A DNA stretch of 64,000 bases from Candidatus Omnitrophota bacterium (GCA_041662125.1 JBAZTA010000003.1:264962-328961), one strand, 5' to 3'; shown: positions 9,349 to 19,345, counted from the stretch's first letter. Notes: generated by a model not told the origin, from the sequence alone. Numbers and translations: made by a program.

Positions 9349-10737
9349 CTACGTTTGCCTAAAACCTCGAAAATCCCTGTTCTTTTTTAAATAGAGATTT
9401 TCAGCCTCTAAGATCATAGCCTTGCATTTTTTACTATAATAGTTTTTCAATAACACCGAATTAGCTTCAAGCAAACAACGATGAAAGTCATCAGCAGAAA
9501 GTTCGGTAAAATTTACGGTTAAAAGATCAGAATTAATATGTTTGTTTTCATAAAAATCCTCGCAATCTCTCAATAAACCTTTTCGGATCGCATAGTAATA
9601 CAGCGGAGACCCGGGATACGGAGTTACCGGCCGGATCGTGCGCATCTGTGAACAATCGTCATATTTCAGCAAGAATTCAACCCCTTTAAACAATGTTTCT
9701 TTGTTTTCTCCGATGTTTCCGAAAATAATGTTATAGCCTGGGCTTATTCCGGCTTTCAAAGTCGCTTCTATCCCCTTGATGATCTGTTGCGTCGTTAATG
9801 ATTTATTCATATTTTTGAGTATCCGGTTATCCATGGCTTCTATGCCATAATTAATAAAAACGCAACCGGATCTTTTCATCAGTTTCAAAACTTCTGGCAG
9901 GGCAAAATTGAGCCTGCCGCAACAAGACCATTTAATATGTAATTTGTTTTTAAGAAAATCGTTGCACAGGCTGGTTATTCGTGCGATCGAAGTCATCAAA
10001 AGTTCGTCAGTGAAAACAATATACTGTATACCGTAATCTTTCTTTAACAGCTTTATTTCTTCAATAATGCCGGCACTGGAGCGGATGCGCAGGCCTTCAT
10101 CCATCCGATAACAAAAATTACATTTAAAATTACACCCTCTGCCGGAAAGAACCGGCATCGCAAAATCACTATTCAATGCGTGAGGCATTCTTAAAAGCCT
10201 ATAATGGTCAATGGGAAACAGATTAAAAGCAGGAAATGGTATGCTGTCAATATTTTCTATAAGGGCACGCCTGGGGTTAATCACAACTTTCTGACCTTCC
10301 CTAAACGCTATTCCCAAAACATTCGAAAACGATGTTTTGTTCTTCAAAGCATTCAGCAATTCAATAACAGTGATCTCGCCTTCCCCCATCACCACAGCAT
10401 CCGCTTGTGTTTTTAAAAGAAAATATTCCGGTTCAGGGGTCGGCCCATGGCCGCCGATAACAAAAAAAGGCCGTTTACGAAGCTCGCGTATTACACGCGA
10501 TATCTTTAACAACTTTCTATATTGATAATACCCCGCGATCACACTAACCCCAACAACATCAAAATGATTCTTTTTCAAATATTCCTTAAGATGCTCTTCC
10601 GGATAATGGGATATGTCCTGATTATAAATTTCTACCTCATGCCCGTTTTGAGATAAAACCGCAGCAATATATGCAAGTCCTTGCGGGAAGAAATGAATAT
10701 AGGCTCCGTTATCATAAATAACCAATAAAATTTTCAT
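9349..10737 (-). CDS. B12-binding-domain radical SAM enzyme (class B)
   Basis: 462 aa. N-terminal B12-binding-like domain and radical SAM 'GCNFKCNFCY'. Paralogous architecture to 2776..4275. Confidence 0.75.
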   Translation of the reverse strand: MKILLVIYDNGAYIHFFPQGLAYIAAVLSQNGHEVEIYNQDISHYPEEHLKEYLKKNHFDVVGVSVIAGYYQYRKLLKISRVIRELRKRPFFVIGGHGPTPEPEYFLLKTQADAVVMGEGEITVIELLNALKNKTSFSNVLGIAFREGQKVVINPRRALIENIDSIPFPAFNLFPIDHYRLLRMPHALNSDFAMPVLSGRGCNFKCNFCYRMDEGLRIRSSAGIIEEIKLLKKDYGIQYIVFTDELLMTSIARITSLCNDFLKNKLHIKWSCCGRLNFALPEVLKLMKRSGCVFINYGIEAMDNRILKNMNKSLTTQQIIKGIEATLKAGISPGYNIIFGNIGENKETLFKGVEFLLKYDDCSQMRTIRPVTPYPGSPLYYYAIRKGLLRDCEDFYENKHINSDLLTVNFTELSADDFHRCLLEANSVLLKNYYSKKCKAMILEAENLYLKKNRDFRGFRQT

Positions 10738-10747
10738 AAAATATCCC

Positions 10748-12259
10748 TTAATGTATCGCAGGTTGCTTTAGAAATAATCTTTTTATATCCTGCCTATCTA
10801 ATTCACTCAAACTGGCATAATATAAACTTAACGAAACGCAATAGATAACAGACATCTCAATAAGTACTGCAAATATGTTCTGAGGGTACCAATACTTCAG
10901 CATAACGGCAGAAGCTAAATACACAAACACATATATCAGCAGATTACCGCGAATTGACCTTTTAAAGTACTCAACAAACTTAATTTTCAGATTTATGAGT
11001 GATATTCGCAGAGTAAAAGGGAAACCTATCAATATCATTGAAACTGTCAAGCCGGCTGCAGGCGCGATGATCCCCAATCTTTTTATAAAAGTAAGGGTCA
11101 AAACTATATTTGCGGCTACAACTCCCAATTGAATAAAAAGAGGTTTTTTCACAACTCCCTTAGCAGAAAGCATACTGCTTGCTAACTCCAAGGTCCCGTT
11201 AAAAAGCCAGAATACTATAATGATCTTTGCGGGCAGGATACTTTCGCGAAAAGTATCCCCCATCCAGTATATAATAAACGGCTCGGCAAAGACAAAGAGC
11301 ATAAGAATGACCGGTAAAAAGGCCGCAGACATATACTTGGTCCCTTTAAAGACAAGCTGCCGTTGTAATTCATGTTCTCCCCTTCCTTCCATTTCAGACG
11401 CTATTGTCCATGGCGGCGCACCGATCGTAGAATTAATTACCCTTAAGTACGATTGAATATTATAGGCAACCGCATAGGTAGATACCGCAGAAAGCGAGAT
11501 ATAATATCCAATAATGAGGTTATGGATTTGAAATAAAAAACTACTAAGCAATGCGCTGACAAAACAAAAAAAACTGAAATTAAATATGAATTTGAAAGTT
11601 TTAAGTTCTGTATAGGGGAAAGTTATCCTAAAATCATACCTTTTCTTGACAATACAATACAAAACCGTACTCCCCAATATGGTTAAAACCTGATTCACGA
11701 TGAATAATTGAACTATCCCGCACCCTGACATCAAGAGGGCATACGTACATATACCATTTAAAATTTGAACGGATATATTAACCGAAGCATCTAAATCCCA
11801 TAAATTTAATCCCTGGATGAAACCGCGGAATGTATTGATCGGCCAAACCAGCAATGCTGACAAAGCTGCTACTATAAAGAGGTCTCGAGCAACAGCAATA
11901 TTCGCAGGCAGAACTTTAAAGAATTTGACAAAGAATACTGAGAAAAAAAACAATAATAACGATACCGTGATGCCTATCAGCACATAAAAGGTGAACGATG
12001 CATTAACGATCTTATTGACACTCTCGTTGTCCTTTTTTCCGTTATACTCGGAAACATACTTAGTCAATGCCGACATTACGCCAAGATCTAAAAGCCCGAA
12101 ATATCCGGTAACAGTCATGGCAACCAAGTAAACTCCGTAAATTTCTTTTCCGACATATTTAACTATAAAAGGAAAAAGAAAGAAAGAGATCGCAACGCTG
12201 GCGATTCGGTTTGCCGCTAAAAAACTGATATTTTTTCCGATGAGGCGTATTTTCGACAT
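10748..12259 (-). CDS. Polysaccharide biosynthesis protein / Wzx-like oligosaccharide flippase (MOP superfamily)
   Basis: 503 aa, about 12-14 predicted TM helices, typical Wzx/MATE-like topology. No soluble domains. Confidence 0.6.
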   Translation of the reverse strand: MSKIRLIGKNISFLAANRIASVAISFFLFPFIVKYVGKEIYGVYLVAMTVTGYFGLLDLGVMSALTKYVSEYNGKKDNESVNKIVNASFTFYVLIGITVSLLLFFFSVFFVKFFKVLPANIAVARDLFIVAALSALLVWPINTFRGFIQGLNLWDLDASVNISVQILNGICTYALLMSGCGIVQLFIVNQVLTILGSTVLYCIVKKRYDFRITFPYTELKTFKFIFNFSFFCFVSALLSSFLFQIHNLIIGYYISLSAVSTYAVAYNIQSYLRVINSTIGAPPWTIASEMEGRGEHELQRQLVFKGTKYMSAAFLPVILMLFVFAEPFIIYWMGDTFRESILPAKIIIVFWLFNGTLELASSMLSAKGVVKKPLFIQLGVVAANIVLTLTFIKRLGIIAPAAGLTVSMILIGFPFTLRISLINLKIKFVEYFKRSIRGNLLIYVFVYLASAVMLKYWYPQNIFAVLIEMSVIYCVSLSLYYASLSELDRQDIKRLFLKQPAIH

Positions 12260-12282
12260 ATACGGGTAAACGTCTTTTAAGA

Positions 12283-13302
12283 TTATTGGTCAGCTCGATT
12301 AGCAGCTTTATTAGACAGAGAAATATTATGAGCGCATATCCGACACATAGGACTGAGATAATAATTCCCTGACTTGTGCTGACCGCGAAGCTCTTGTATC
12401 TTAGGGCAATTCCAGAGATCTTTCAAACTCGCAGTATTAACGTTGCCTATAGTAATATTGCCTGCTACATCAGTGGCACAAACACAAACCGTGCCATCGG
12501 TCATGACAACCAAACGTTGAAAAGGCTGTTTACAGCAATACTCATGGAGCGGAACATTGAACGGATTGTTTTTCTGAATTGACCCGAATTCCTGGCAGTA
12601 AGAAATAGTAATTTCATCTACCCTTTTATGCCAATACTCATAGAACTCTCTTGTCTCATGCCTGTTTATGCCGGATTCAGTATACTGCAATCGAATGAAC
12701 GGTTTTCTTGATTTTCCCCGTATATCGATCAAGTTTTTAATATTCTCAATGACCGCATCATAATCGGCGCCAATTCTGATCTTTTCATACGTCTGCTTGG
12801 TAAATCCATCGATTGAAATAATAAGTTGATCCAGCTTTGCTTCTACAATTTCACGGCCTATATTTTGATTCATCAGCGTCGCGTTCGTTAACGAGGTAAC
12901 TTCCAAAATACCTTTAGATTTCGCATAACGCACCATATCCATAAAGTTTTTATTCAGCATAGGCTCACCCCGCCAGCTTAATTTCAAAGCGGGGATCCTA
13001 TATTTTGCGCATTCATCGGCAATTTTTTTAAAAGTATCCATCGCCATAAGGGGAACTTTCGTAGTCTTTGCTACGGGGAGCGTTTCATCACTCTGAAAAC
13101 ACATAGAACACCGCAGGTTGCAAACATTGGAAGCTTCTGCGATGACATCCAAAGGGTATTTTCCAACTTTAAATTTACCCGGGTAAGCGTTAAAACGATA
13201 ACGATAGATATAAAATTGAGGATTGAATCCCCCTTTTTTGTAGAGGTTAGCTACCTTTGTAAAGAAACCTGCTTTAATCTTCCAGTTTTTCTTAAGTTTC
13301 AT
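12283..13302 (-). CDS. Radical SAM / SPASM-domain protein (paralog A)
   Basis: 339 aa. 'CNLRCSMCFQ' radical SAM motif. C-terminal cysteine-rich SPASM-like region 'CCKQPFQRLVVMTDGTVCVCATD...CRICAHN'. Confidence 0.75.
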   Translation of the reverse strand: MKLKKNWKIKAGFFTKVANLYKKGGFNPQFYIYRYRFNAYPGKFKVGKYPLDVIAEASNVCNLRCSMCFQSDETLPVAKTTKVPLMAMDTFKKIADECAKYRIPALKLSWRGEPMLNKNFMDMVRYAKSKGILEVTSLTNATLMNQNIGREIVEAKLDQLIISIDGFTKQTYEKIRIGADYDAVIENIKNLIDIRGKSRKPFIRLQYTESGINRHETREFYEYWHKRVDEITISYCQEFGSIQKNNPFNVPLHEYCCKQPFQRLVVMTDGTVCVCATDVAGNITIGNVNTASLKDLWNCPKIQELRGQHKSGNYYLSPMCRICAHNISLSNKAANRADQ

Positions 13303-14300
13303 TGCGTATCTCTTTTTGAATCAAAAGAATCGGGACAATCAGCGCATAGATGCATTTTTTTGAAACCTCCCTGCCGGTGAAGCTTTCTTACCTTCTGCAT
13401 TATTTCTCCCGTCCAGATATCGGGAACCGTTTGAGTCAAAACATCGCCGATAACATACCCCTTTTTCATATCCCGAGGACAAAGCGTTGCAGTACCATCA
13501 CTCAATATGGTCAGCCGCCGCCATAATTCCGCGCAACAAAAATTATCATCCTGTTTATAATTTTCCCTATGATAAAGCCTTTCTTCTCCCGTTTTACAGT
13601 CAAGATAACGTAAGATCGCTATACGGTTTAGTTTACCCGCCCAATAAGCTATAAACTTGTTTTTCTCGGATGGGTCATCTTCATCCATTTCAATAAAATT
13701 CGCCTTAATATGCAGCCTTGACTTAGGGTTCTGGTTACGCTGCCTGATCAAATCTTCAACCGCTTGCATGACCTTTTCAAATCTTGCCCCGATTCGTATT
13801 TTTTCGTATCTTTCTTTATCGGCGCTATCCAGAGAAATAATAAGCCTGTCAAGGCCGGATTCGATAAGTTTACGGTTAAAATCATGCCCCAGGAGAGTGC
13901 CATTGGTATGCATGTTCACATCAATAACTCCCTTTTCTTTCGCATATCTGATTACTTCAAAAAGTTGCGGGTACAGGGTCGGTTCTCCTAACCCGGTCAA
14001 ATTAAAAGCGCATAATCCATGCGTGCACGCTTGGTCTAATATTTTTTTTACCAAATTAAGATCCATATATCCTTTACCGGGGATATATGCCTGCCGGGGA
14101 CACATAGGGCATTTTAAGTTACAGACGTCAACCGCAAAAAGGTCTATCTGCAACGGAACCTTATCAACGATCCCGGCTTGCGGATACTGGTCCCATTTCC
14201 TTCGGTATTCGATCCACTTTTTATCATGGAATACCAAACCCGTTTTTTTGTCCGTGCCTAAAACCTCCGGAGAAATACTTTTTACCTTAACCCGTATCAT
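13299..14300 (-). CDS. Radical SAM / SPASM-domain protein (paralog B)
   Basis: 333 aa. 'CNLKCPMCPR'. C-terminal 'CCAELWRRLTILSDGTATLCPRD...CADCPD'. Shares 'YEKIRIGA', 'RYAK.KGV', 'DRLIISLD' with paralog A. ATGA overlap with paralog A. Confidence 0.75.
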   Translation of the reverse strand: MIRVKVKSISPEVLGTDKKTGLVFHDKKWIEYRRKWDQYPQAGIVDKVPLQIDLFAVDVCNLKCPMCPRQAYIPGKGYMDLNLVKKILDQACTHGLCAFNLTGLGEPTLYPQLFEVIRYAKEKGVIDVNMHTNGTLLGHDFNRKLIESGLDRLIISLDSADKERYEKIRIGARFEKVMQAVEDLIRQRNQNPKSRLHIKANFIEMDEDDPSEKNKFIAYWAGKLNRIAILRYLDCKTGEERLYHRENYKQDDNFCCAELWRRLTILSDGTATLCPRDMKKGYVIGDVLTQTVPDIWTGEIMQKVRKLHRQGGFKKMHLCADCPDSFDSKRDTQ

Positions 14301-14312
14301 GTATTAAACACC

Positions 14313-15374
14313 TCAAGGATTTAACGGCGAGCCTTCAATCATGTTCCACCCTAATGGTGTCCCTTTTTTTATATCCTTACGCGCTTTTTTTCCCAGGACC
14401 CTTTCCCAATAACGGGGATGTAAACCGTGCCCGGGCCTTATAGAGCGGATATTATCTTTCGAAAATTTTTCACCTTTAAAGATATCTTTCACTACAAAAA
14501 CAGACCTGCGAAAGACTCGATTTTCTTTTTGTTTTTCCGTGAGTTCATATGAAACCTTTCCTAAAGCTTTTTCTGCGGTTCGTATATCAGAGACCATTGT
14601 CCTGAATTCTGCCGGTTCAGTCGAGAATGAGCAGTCGGGGCCGGGATCTTTTCGGGAAAGCGTAAGATGCTTCTCTATGATACATGCACCCAGGGCTATT
14701 GAGGCTACGGCAACAGCACTGCCTAAGGAGTGGTCGGAAAGCCCAACAGGAAAGCCGTATACTTTTGAAAGATCAGGAATCGTATTCAAATTCATTTCTT
14801 TAGATGGTGCAGGATACGCGCTGGTACACTTAAGCAAAGCTATTTTCCTGTTTCCCTCATTAAGGACAGTTTGAACTGCCTCATCTATTTCTGGCCTAGA
14901 GGCCATGCCGGTTGAGATGATGATAGGCTTTCCGGTTGCAGCGACCTTCTTTAAAAAAGGAATATCTACCAGCTCAAATGAAGCGACCTTATATGCGGGC
15001 ACTTTCATTTTTTCCAAATAATCAACCGATGTAAAATCAAAAGGGGTTGAGAAAAAGTCAAGCCCAAGGCTGTCACAGGCCTTCTTTAATCGGGGATGCC
15101 ATTGCCAGGGCGTAAACGCTTCTTGATAAAGCCGGTAAAGATTTTTTCCCGCCCAAACTGTCCCTTTAATCTTAAAATATTTGTTTTCACAATCGATAGT
15201 CATAGTATCCGGAGTATATGTCTGGATCTTTACCGCATCCGCGCCCGAATCGGCAGCGGCCTTTATAATACGGAGGGCTTTATTAAAACTCATAGCATGA
15301 TTCGCTGACATCTCAGCAATGATATATACCGGCTTCCCTGGGCCTATAGTTTTCTTATTGATCTTTATGTTCAT
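14313..15374 (-). CDS. pseI: Pseudaminic acid synthase (NeuB/PseI family nonulosonate synthase)
   Basis: 'IIAEMSANHAMSFNKALRIIKAAADSGADAVKIQTY' NeuB-family TIM barrel. C-terminal SAF-like domain. Start trimmed to 'MNIKINKK' with an upstream SD-like AAAGG. Confidence 0.8.
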   Translation of the reverse strand: MNIKINKKTIGPGKPVYIIAEMSANHAMSFNKALRIIKAAADSGADAVKIQTYTPDTMTIDCENKYFKIKGTVWAGKNLYRLYQEAFTPWQWHPRLKKACDSLGLDFFSTPFDFTSVDYLEKMKVPAYKVASFELVDIPFLKKVAATGKPIIISTGMASRPEIDEAVQTVLNEGNRKIALLKCTSAYPAPSKEMNLNTIPDLSKVYGFPVGLSDHSLGSAVAVASIALGACIIEKHLTLSRKDPGPDCSFSTEPAEFRTMVSDIRTAEKALGKVSYELTEKQKENRVFRRSVFVVKDIFKGEKFSKDNIRSIRPGHGLHPRYWERVLGKKARKDIKKGTPLGWNMIEGSPLNP

Positions 15375-15390
15375 GAATTTTAACCTTTCA

Positions 15391-16089
15391 TCACCCAAAA
15401 ATACGCAGAGCCATAAATGCTTCGGCAAATAAATAGCCTGATTCTGAACCTCTAACCTTCGCCAGTGCCCTTAAAACTTCAGGCGACCGAGGATGAGGAT
15501 CCAGGCGCGCTTCACCTTTGTAAGTTTGCATTGAATTGATCTTTGCAGTAAGATCTGCTTCGGAAACCTCAACATAGACGTTTGGTTCCCATTGCGCTGG
15601 ACGCAGGTACCCGGTGCTGCTGGGGACTTCACCGCATAAAACAGAGATATGCGCATCGGCCGCCGGCCGCGCAGCAACAACGACCGCATTATGGCAATAT
15701 TGATGGTCAATATTCGTACAATAGCGATGATGGGTCAAGATCAAGTCGGGTTTTACGCGGGCAATAATTGCCTCCATCCAATGGACTATTTCTAACAATG
15801 AACTTTTATCCATTTCATTATCAGCGAATTTCCCAAGATAAATATGTTCCTTTGAAACACCTAAGACAGCACAAGCCTTCTGGCAATCTTTTCTTAATGC
15901 GGAGAGTGCGGCTTTCCTTGATTTTAATGATGCTGCGTTTCGACGGCCATGAATGCCTGTCGCGGGGATCGCGACATGAACCTCTGCGCCAAGACGGGTC
16001 AGTTTTTTGATAGTCGCACCTGCCGCTAATGTCTCATCGTCGGGATGCGCGAAAAGTGTCAAAATGGTAGAATAGTCCTTCAGGATCAT
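15391..16089 (-). CDS. PIG-L/LmbE-family N-acetylglucosaminyl deacetylase
   Basis: 232 aa. 'FAHPDDE' zinc-binding motif of the LmbE/PIG-L family. Confidence 0.75.
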   Translation of the reverse strand: MILKDYSTILTLFAHPDDETLAAGATIKKLTRLGAEVHVAIPATGIHGRRNAASLKSRKAALSALRKDCQKACAVLGVSKEHIYLGKFADNEMDKSSLLEIVHWMEAIIARVKPDLILTHHRYCTNIDHQYCHNAVVVAARPAADAHISVLCGEVPSSTGYLRPAQWEPNVYVEVSEADLTAKINSMQTYKGEARLDPHPRSPEVLRALAKVRGSESGYLFAEAFMALRIFG

Positions 16090-16787
16090 TTCCCTCTCCT
16101 TGATTTAGATTGAGTGATTTTAGCTCGGGCATAAAGCGCGCCTTCGCGCATTACAGGGTGAGAAAATTCATACCGTAAACCACCCTGTTCAATAAATGCC
16201 TTTGGATATTCGTCTGCGTCCAGCATGCGGATATGATCGTAGATCTTTCCCAAGGTTTTATGCTTGAGCGCTATCTTACTTTGATCAGGCCGGCGCCGTA
16301 AAAACATTACCGCTTTACCCTGCTGAGCAACTGGCTTTGGTTCCTGCATGATTATTTCCTTGATCATTTTCGCGATGATCTTTGAAGAACGGATATAAAT
16401 ATCCTGGGCCCTTCCTCGCAATGAAAGCTGCCGTTTAAAATAAACCGGCCCGGCATCTAAGACGCCGGTCATTCTTAATGCCGATATTTTAGTGTTTGTA
16501 AACCCGCGGACGATCAAATTCTGTAGAGGGCTGCCCCCCCGCCCAAACGGGACATCTGTCTCGTGAAAACAAACACATTCATAAGAATTCACGATCGAAG
16601 ATGGCACTCGCTTGCTCCAGTGGGGGAAAAAAATATAACGCGGTTTAAAGCGTTTTATTCTTTCAAGTGTTAAATCTTTTGCAGCGGTAATGAGATGCCA
16701 ATTACCTGGATATTTGCTAATACTATTCCTGTAAGCTTTAATATTCCACGGACGTATTGTTGCAATAATATATACTTTTTTACTCAT
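16086..16787 (-). CDS. Formyltransferase-family protein (putative sugar N-formyltransferase)
   Basis: 233 aa. 'HETDVPFGRGGSPLQN' matches the H-x-S/T-x-L-P-x-x-R-G formyl transferase motif. Lacks the Fmt C-terminal tRNA-binding domain. Confidence 0.65.
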   Translation of the reverse strand: MSKKVYIIATIRPWNIKAYRNSISKYPGNWHLITAAKDLTLERIKRFKPRYIFFPHWSKRVPSSIVNSYECVCFHETDVPFGRGGSPLQNLIVRGFTNTKISALRMTGVLDAGPVYFKRQLSLRGRAQDIYIRSSKIIAKMIKEIIMQEPKPVAQQGKAVMFLRRRPDQSKIALKHKTLGKIYDHIRMLDADEYPKAFIEQGGLRYEFSHPVMREGALYARAKITQSKSRRGK

Positions 16788-16799
16788 GGCATCATATTT

Positions 16800-17519
16800 C
16801 TATTGCTGTTTTTGTAAAGGCACATCATAGTCTAGGCGCCCGGAACGTATGATCGCAAGGCTTTTTGGCCCTTCATTGAAAAGAAGATCAATTGCCGACA
16901 TATGCGATATAAAACCTTCAAACATTTGCTTATATACCGGATGCTCATATCGATGATATACCAGGGTTATCCCTTCTTGAGCAAAGACATTATCTTGTTC
17001 TATATAGTCAGCTGCACGTACGGGAGAAAGATATATGTCAGCCTCCAGATAATGACAAATATTTGTCAACAACTTAACCTTTTCGCCGGAAACTGGGATT
17101 TCGGATGCTCTCATAAGCTTTGTTTTGACTCCAAGCTGTTTTTTTAAGAAATTGATCGTGGCTACGTTTAATGTTAAAAGATACTCCCATGATTGATCAT
17201 AGAGCGCTTTCAACTCATCACAATACTGTTTCCAGTACTCAGCACGTTTATAATACTGTTCAATGGTCCCCCAGTGTTTCCTGCACCACGGTGAAGAATT
17301 GCCGGTCTTTACCTCGTTCATTTTCTGTCCCAAGTTTTGAATAACCGGAACGGTTAACCATTTCGACTGATTTTCTGCCGTCTTAATTCTATTGCGTTGC
17401 TGCCACGCCTGTTTTTCGAACTGAACCGTATCCAATAGTACGAACACATCCGCCGTATCCATGAGGTCAAAATACCCTATCCAGGGCAGATATGTCGGCT
17501 GCATGATTACCGCTATCAT
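16800..17519 (-). CDS. WbqC-family protein (function unknown, O-antigen/nonulosonate clusters)
   Basis: 239 aa. N-terminus 'MQPTYLPWIGYFDLM' is the hallmark of the WbqC-like family. Confidence 0.6.
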   Translation of the reverse strand: MIAVIMQPTYLPWIGYFDLMDTADVFVLLDTVQFEKQAWQQRNRIKTAENQSKWLTVPVIQNLGQKMNEVKTGNSSPWCRKHWGTIEQYYKRAEYWKQYCDELKALYDQSWEYLLTLNVATINFLKKQLGVKTKLMRASEIPVSGEKVKLLTNICHYLEADIYLSPVRAADYIEQDNVFAQEGITLVYHRYEHPVYKQMFEGFISHMSAIDLLFNEGPKSLAIIRSGRLDYDVPLQKQQ

Positions 17520-18559
17520 CTGCGCGCCTCTCTCTTAAGATATGCCAGTAATCTTGAAGCAATACGCACAGTGCCGTTGGACGCAATAAGGTTTTTCCCT
17601 TTATAAGCCATATTTTTTCTCATAGGATAATTTTCTAATAACTCTTCTGCGGCATGTACTATTCTTTCGTCTGAAACATCGCTATGCATTCCCAGGCTTA
17701 CAACAGCACCTGCCGTATCAAAAATCCTCGCCTCTTTCTCCTGTTGCTCGTTTTGTGAAACAACCAGCGCAGGGACACCTAAACAACATGCTTCATACAA
17801 TAACGTACCTGCGCTCAGAAACGCAACGTCCGCTTGAGATAGCGCATCAGCAATGTGAGCTATATTACGGCTTATTATAAATCGGGCATCATTCTTCAGA
17901 ATTGAAGTAATTTTACCAACCTGCGCAACTGCAGCGCCAAGAATGACATGAAACTTGATCGAATGTTTAAGTTTTTTCAACAGAGGCACTACACGTAACA
18001 TTAAATTGCCGGAGTCGCTACCGCCAAAACAGACAAGGACCTTTTTGACTTTCGCGGATATTTTATTTTTTTTAAACGCCAGAGCCGCGAAATCAGGATG
18101 CATGATAATGTAGTCACGCCCGGTTAGATATTTATCTGACGGTATGCCTGGCGTTTTAGGTAAGCCAAGGAGATTAGGGCGAATCAGGTAATCCTGGCCG
18201 TTAAGACCGGGGCCTTCATCGTCAATACAAACGGTCATTCCTGATAATCCTTTTATATGTTTTGCTTCTTTTTGATCAATAGTAAGCAAATCGGCTATTG
18301 CCATATCAAAACGAGCTTCCTTTGGAGAATTCCGCCGGACATAGATATCGTAATCTATATCAGGGATAAACTTCCTGACAACATCTTTATTATTGGTCTC
18401 AATGGTAAAATGGCATTTCGTTAAATTTAAAAAACCCAACATCAATGACCGGCAACGGGACAGATGCCCCAACCCGGTTTTTTTATCAGCATCAACTCTG
18501 AAATATACAGAAACAACCCCTTGAGTGATATGCCCTTTCTTTTTTGTATCATTCACCAT
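17516..18559 (-). CDS. pseG: UDP-2,4-diacetamido-2,4,6-trideoxy-beta-L-altropyranose hydrolase (PseG/SpsG family)
   Basis: 347 aa. 'VYFRVDADKKTGLGHLSRCRSL' matches the GxGHxxRC motif of the PseG family. GT-B-like fold. Confidence 0.75.
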   Translation of the reverse strand: MVNDTKKKGHITQGVVSVYFRVDADKKTGLGHLSRCRSLMLGFLNLTKCHFTIETNNKDVVRKFIPDIDYDIYVRRNSPKEARFDMAIADLLTIDQKEAKHIKGLSGMTVCIDDEGPGLNGQDYLIRPNLLGLPKTPGIPSDKYLTGRDYIIMHPDFAALAFKKNKISAKVKKVLVCFGGSDSGNLMLRVVPLLKKLKHSIKFHVILGAAVAQVGKITSILKNDARFIISRNIAHIADALSQADVAFLSAGTLLYEACCLGVPALVVSQNEQQEKEARIFDTAGAVVSLGMHSDVSDERIVHAAEELLENYPMRKNMAYKGKNLIASNGTVRIASRLLAYLKREARR

Positions 18560-18568
18560 TTTATGGAC

Positions 18569-19342
18569 TCATTGAGCGCTTTTTTTTAAAAAAGACCTGT
18601 CTTTTTCCTTTGATTTCATCAATCCTTCATTCCTCAAAAAACCCTGATTTAATACAGAGAGCCCCGGATTCTTTTCAAGAAGCGCCAAAATATCGTTCAT
18701 ACCAAAACATGGATTGAGTGGATACAACTTTTCATATATGGTTTTTACAAATTCAAAATCTTCTGGTTCATCAACAGTCCAGCGTAAAGCGGAAAGATCC
18801 TTATTCGATGCAAGATTTACTATTTTAAAACGTTTGGGTTGTCCTTCAAAAAAAAGCGAGATGTGTTCTAATTGAGATGGCAATAAAGCCTCACTATGAG
18901 CCTCCTGAAGAGCTTTAAAAGCAAATATCTCTGCATCAAGACCATCGGGATATGTTGGCGGCATACAATTAGTGCCATAATCGCCTTTTTTATTCAGATA
19001 AATGCGCACCAACGCGTCAATAACGCTCATGTCGATCAAAGGGCAGTCTCCGGTAAGGCGGACGATGTGATCGGGTTTAAACTTGAGCGCTGCCTGATAA
19101 AACCGGTCAAGGACATTTTCCAGATTTCCGCAAAAAACGCTCACTTTAAGGCGTTTCCCTAAATCAACAATCTGTCTGTCCTCGGAAGAAGTACTCGTGA
19201 GAACAACTACGCGGTCAATTGTTTCGCAAAGTTTAACACGCTCAATTTCTAATTCTAACATCGGCCTTCCCAAGATCGGTTTGAGGACTTTATTAGGAAA
19301 ACGCTTTGATGACATTCTGGCTTGAATAAATGCTGCTATCAT
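18569..19342 (-). CDS. pseF: Acylneuraminate/pseudaminate cytidylyltransferase-family protein (PseF/SpsF-like)
   Basis: 257 aa. 'IQARMSSKRFPNKVLKPILGRPML' matches the CMP-NeuAc synthetase family N-terminus. Confidence 0.65.
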   Translation of the reverse strand: MIAAFIQARMSSKRFPNKVLKPILGRPMLELEIERVKLCETIDRVVVLTSTSSEDRQIVDLGKRLKVSVFCGNLENVLDRFYQAALKFKPDHIVRLTGDCPLIDMSVIDALVRIYLNKKGDYGTNCMPPTYPDGLDAEIFAFKALQEAHSEALLPSQLEHISLFFEGQPKRFKIVNLASNKDLSALRWTVDEPEDFEFVKTIYEKLYPLNPCFGMNDILALLEKNPGLSVLNQGFLRNEGLMKSKEKDRSFLKKSAQ

Positions 19343-19345
19343 TAC

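Noticed and set aside
13657-14307. 216-aa plus-strand ORF. Other plus-strand ORFs seen include 52555..53166, 3074..3493, 2591..2995 and 39684..40049.
   Set aside because: All lie antisense inside minus-strand genes with strong family motifs. They have no motifs of their own and have low-complexity/Ser-Leu-Arg-rich composition typical of shadow ORFs. Not a single plus-strand ORF falls in an intergenic gap.
16086-16787. Formyltransferase-motif protein interpreted as methionyl-tRNA formyltransferase (fmt)
   Set aside because: It is only 233 aa and lacks the Fmt C-terminal tRNA-binding domain. It sits between a PIG-L deacetylase and a WbqC protein within the Pse block.
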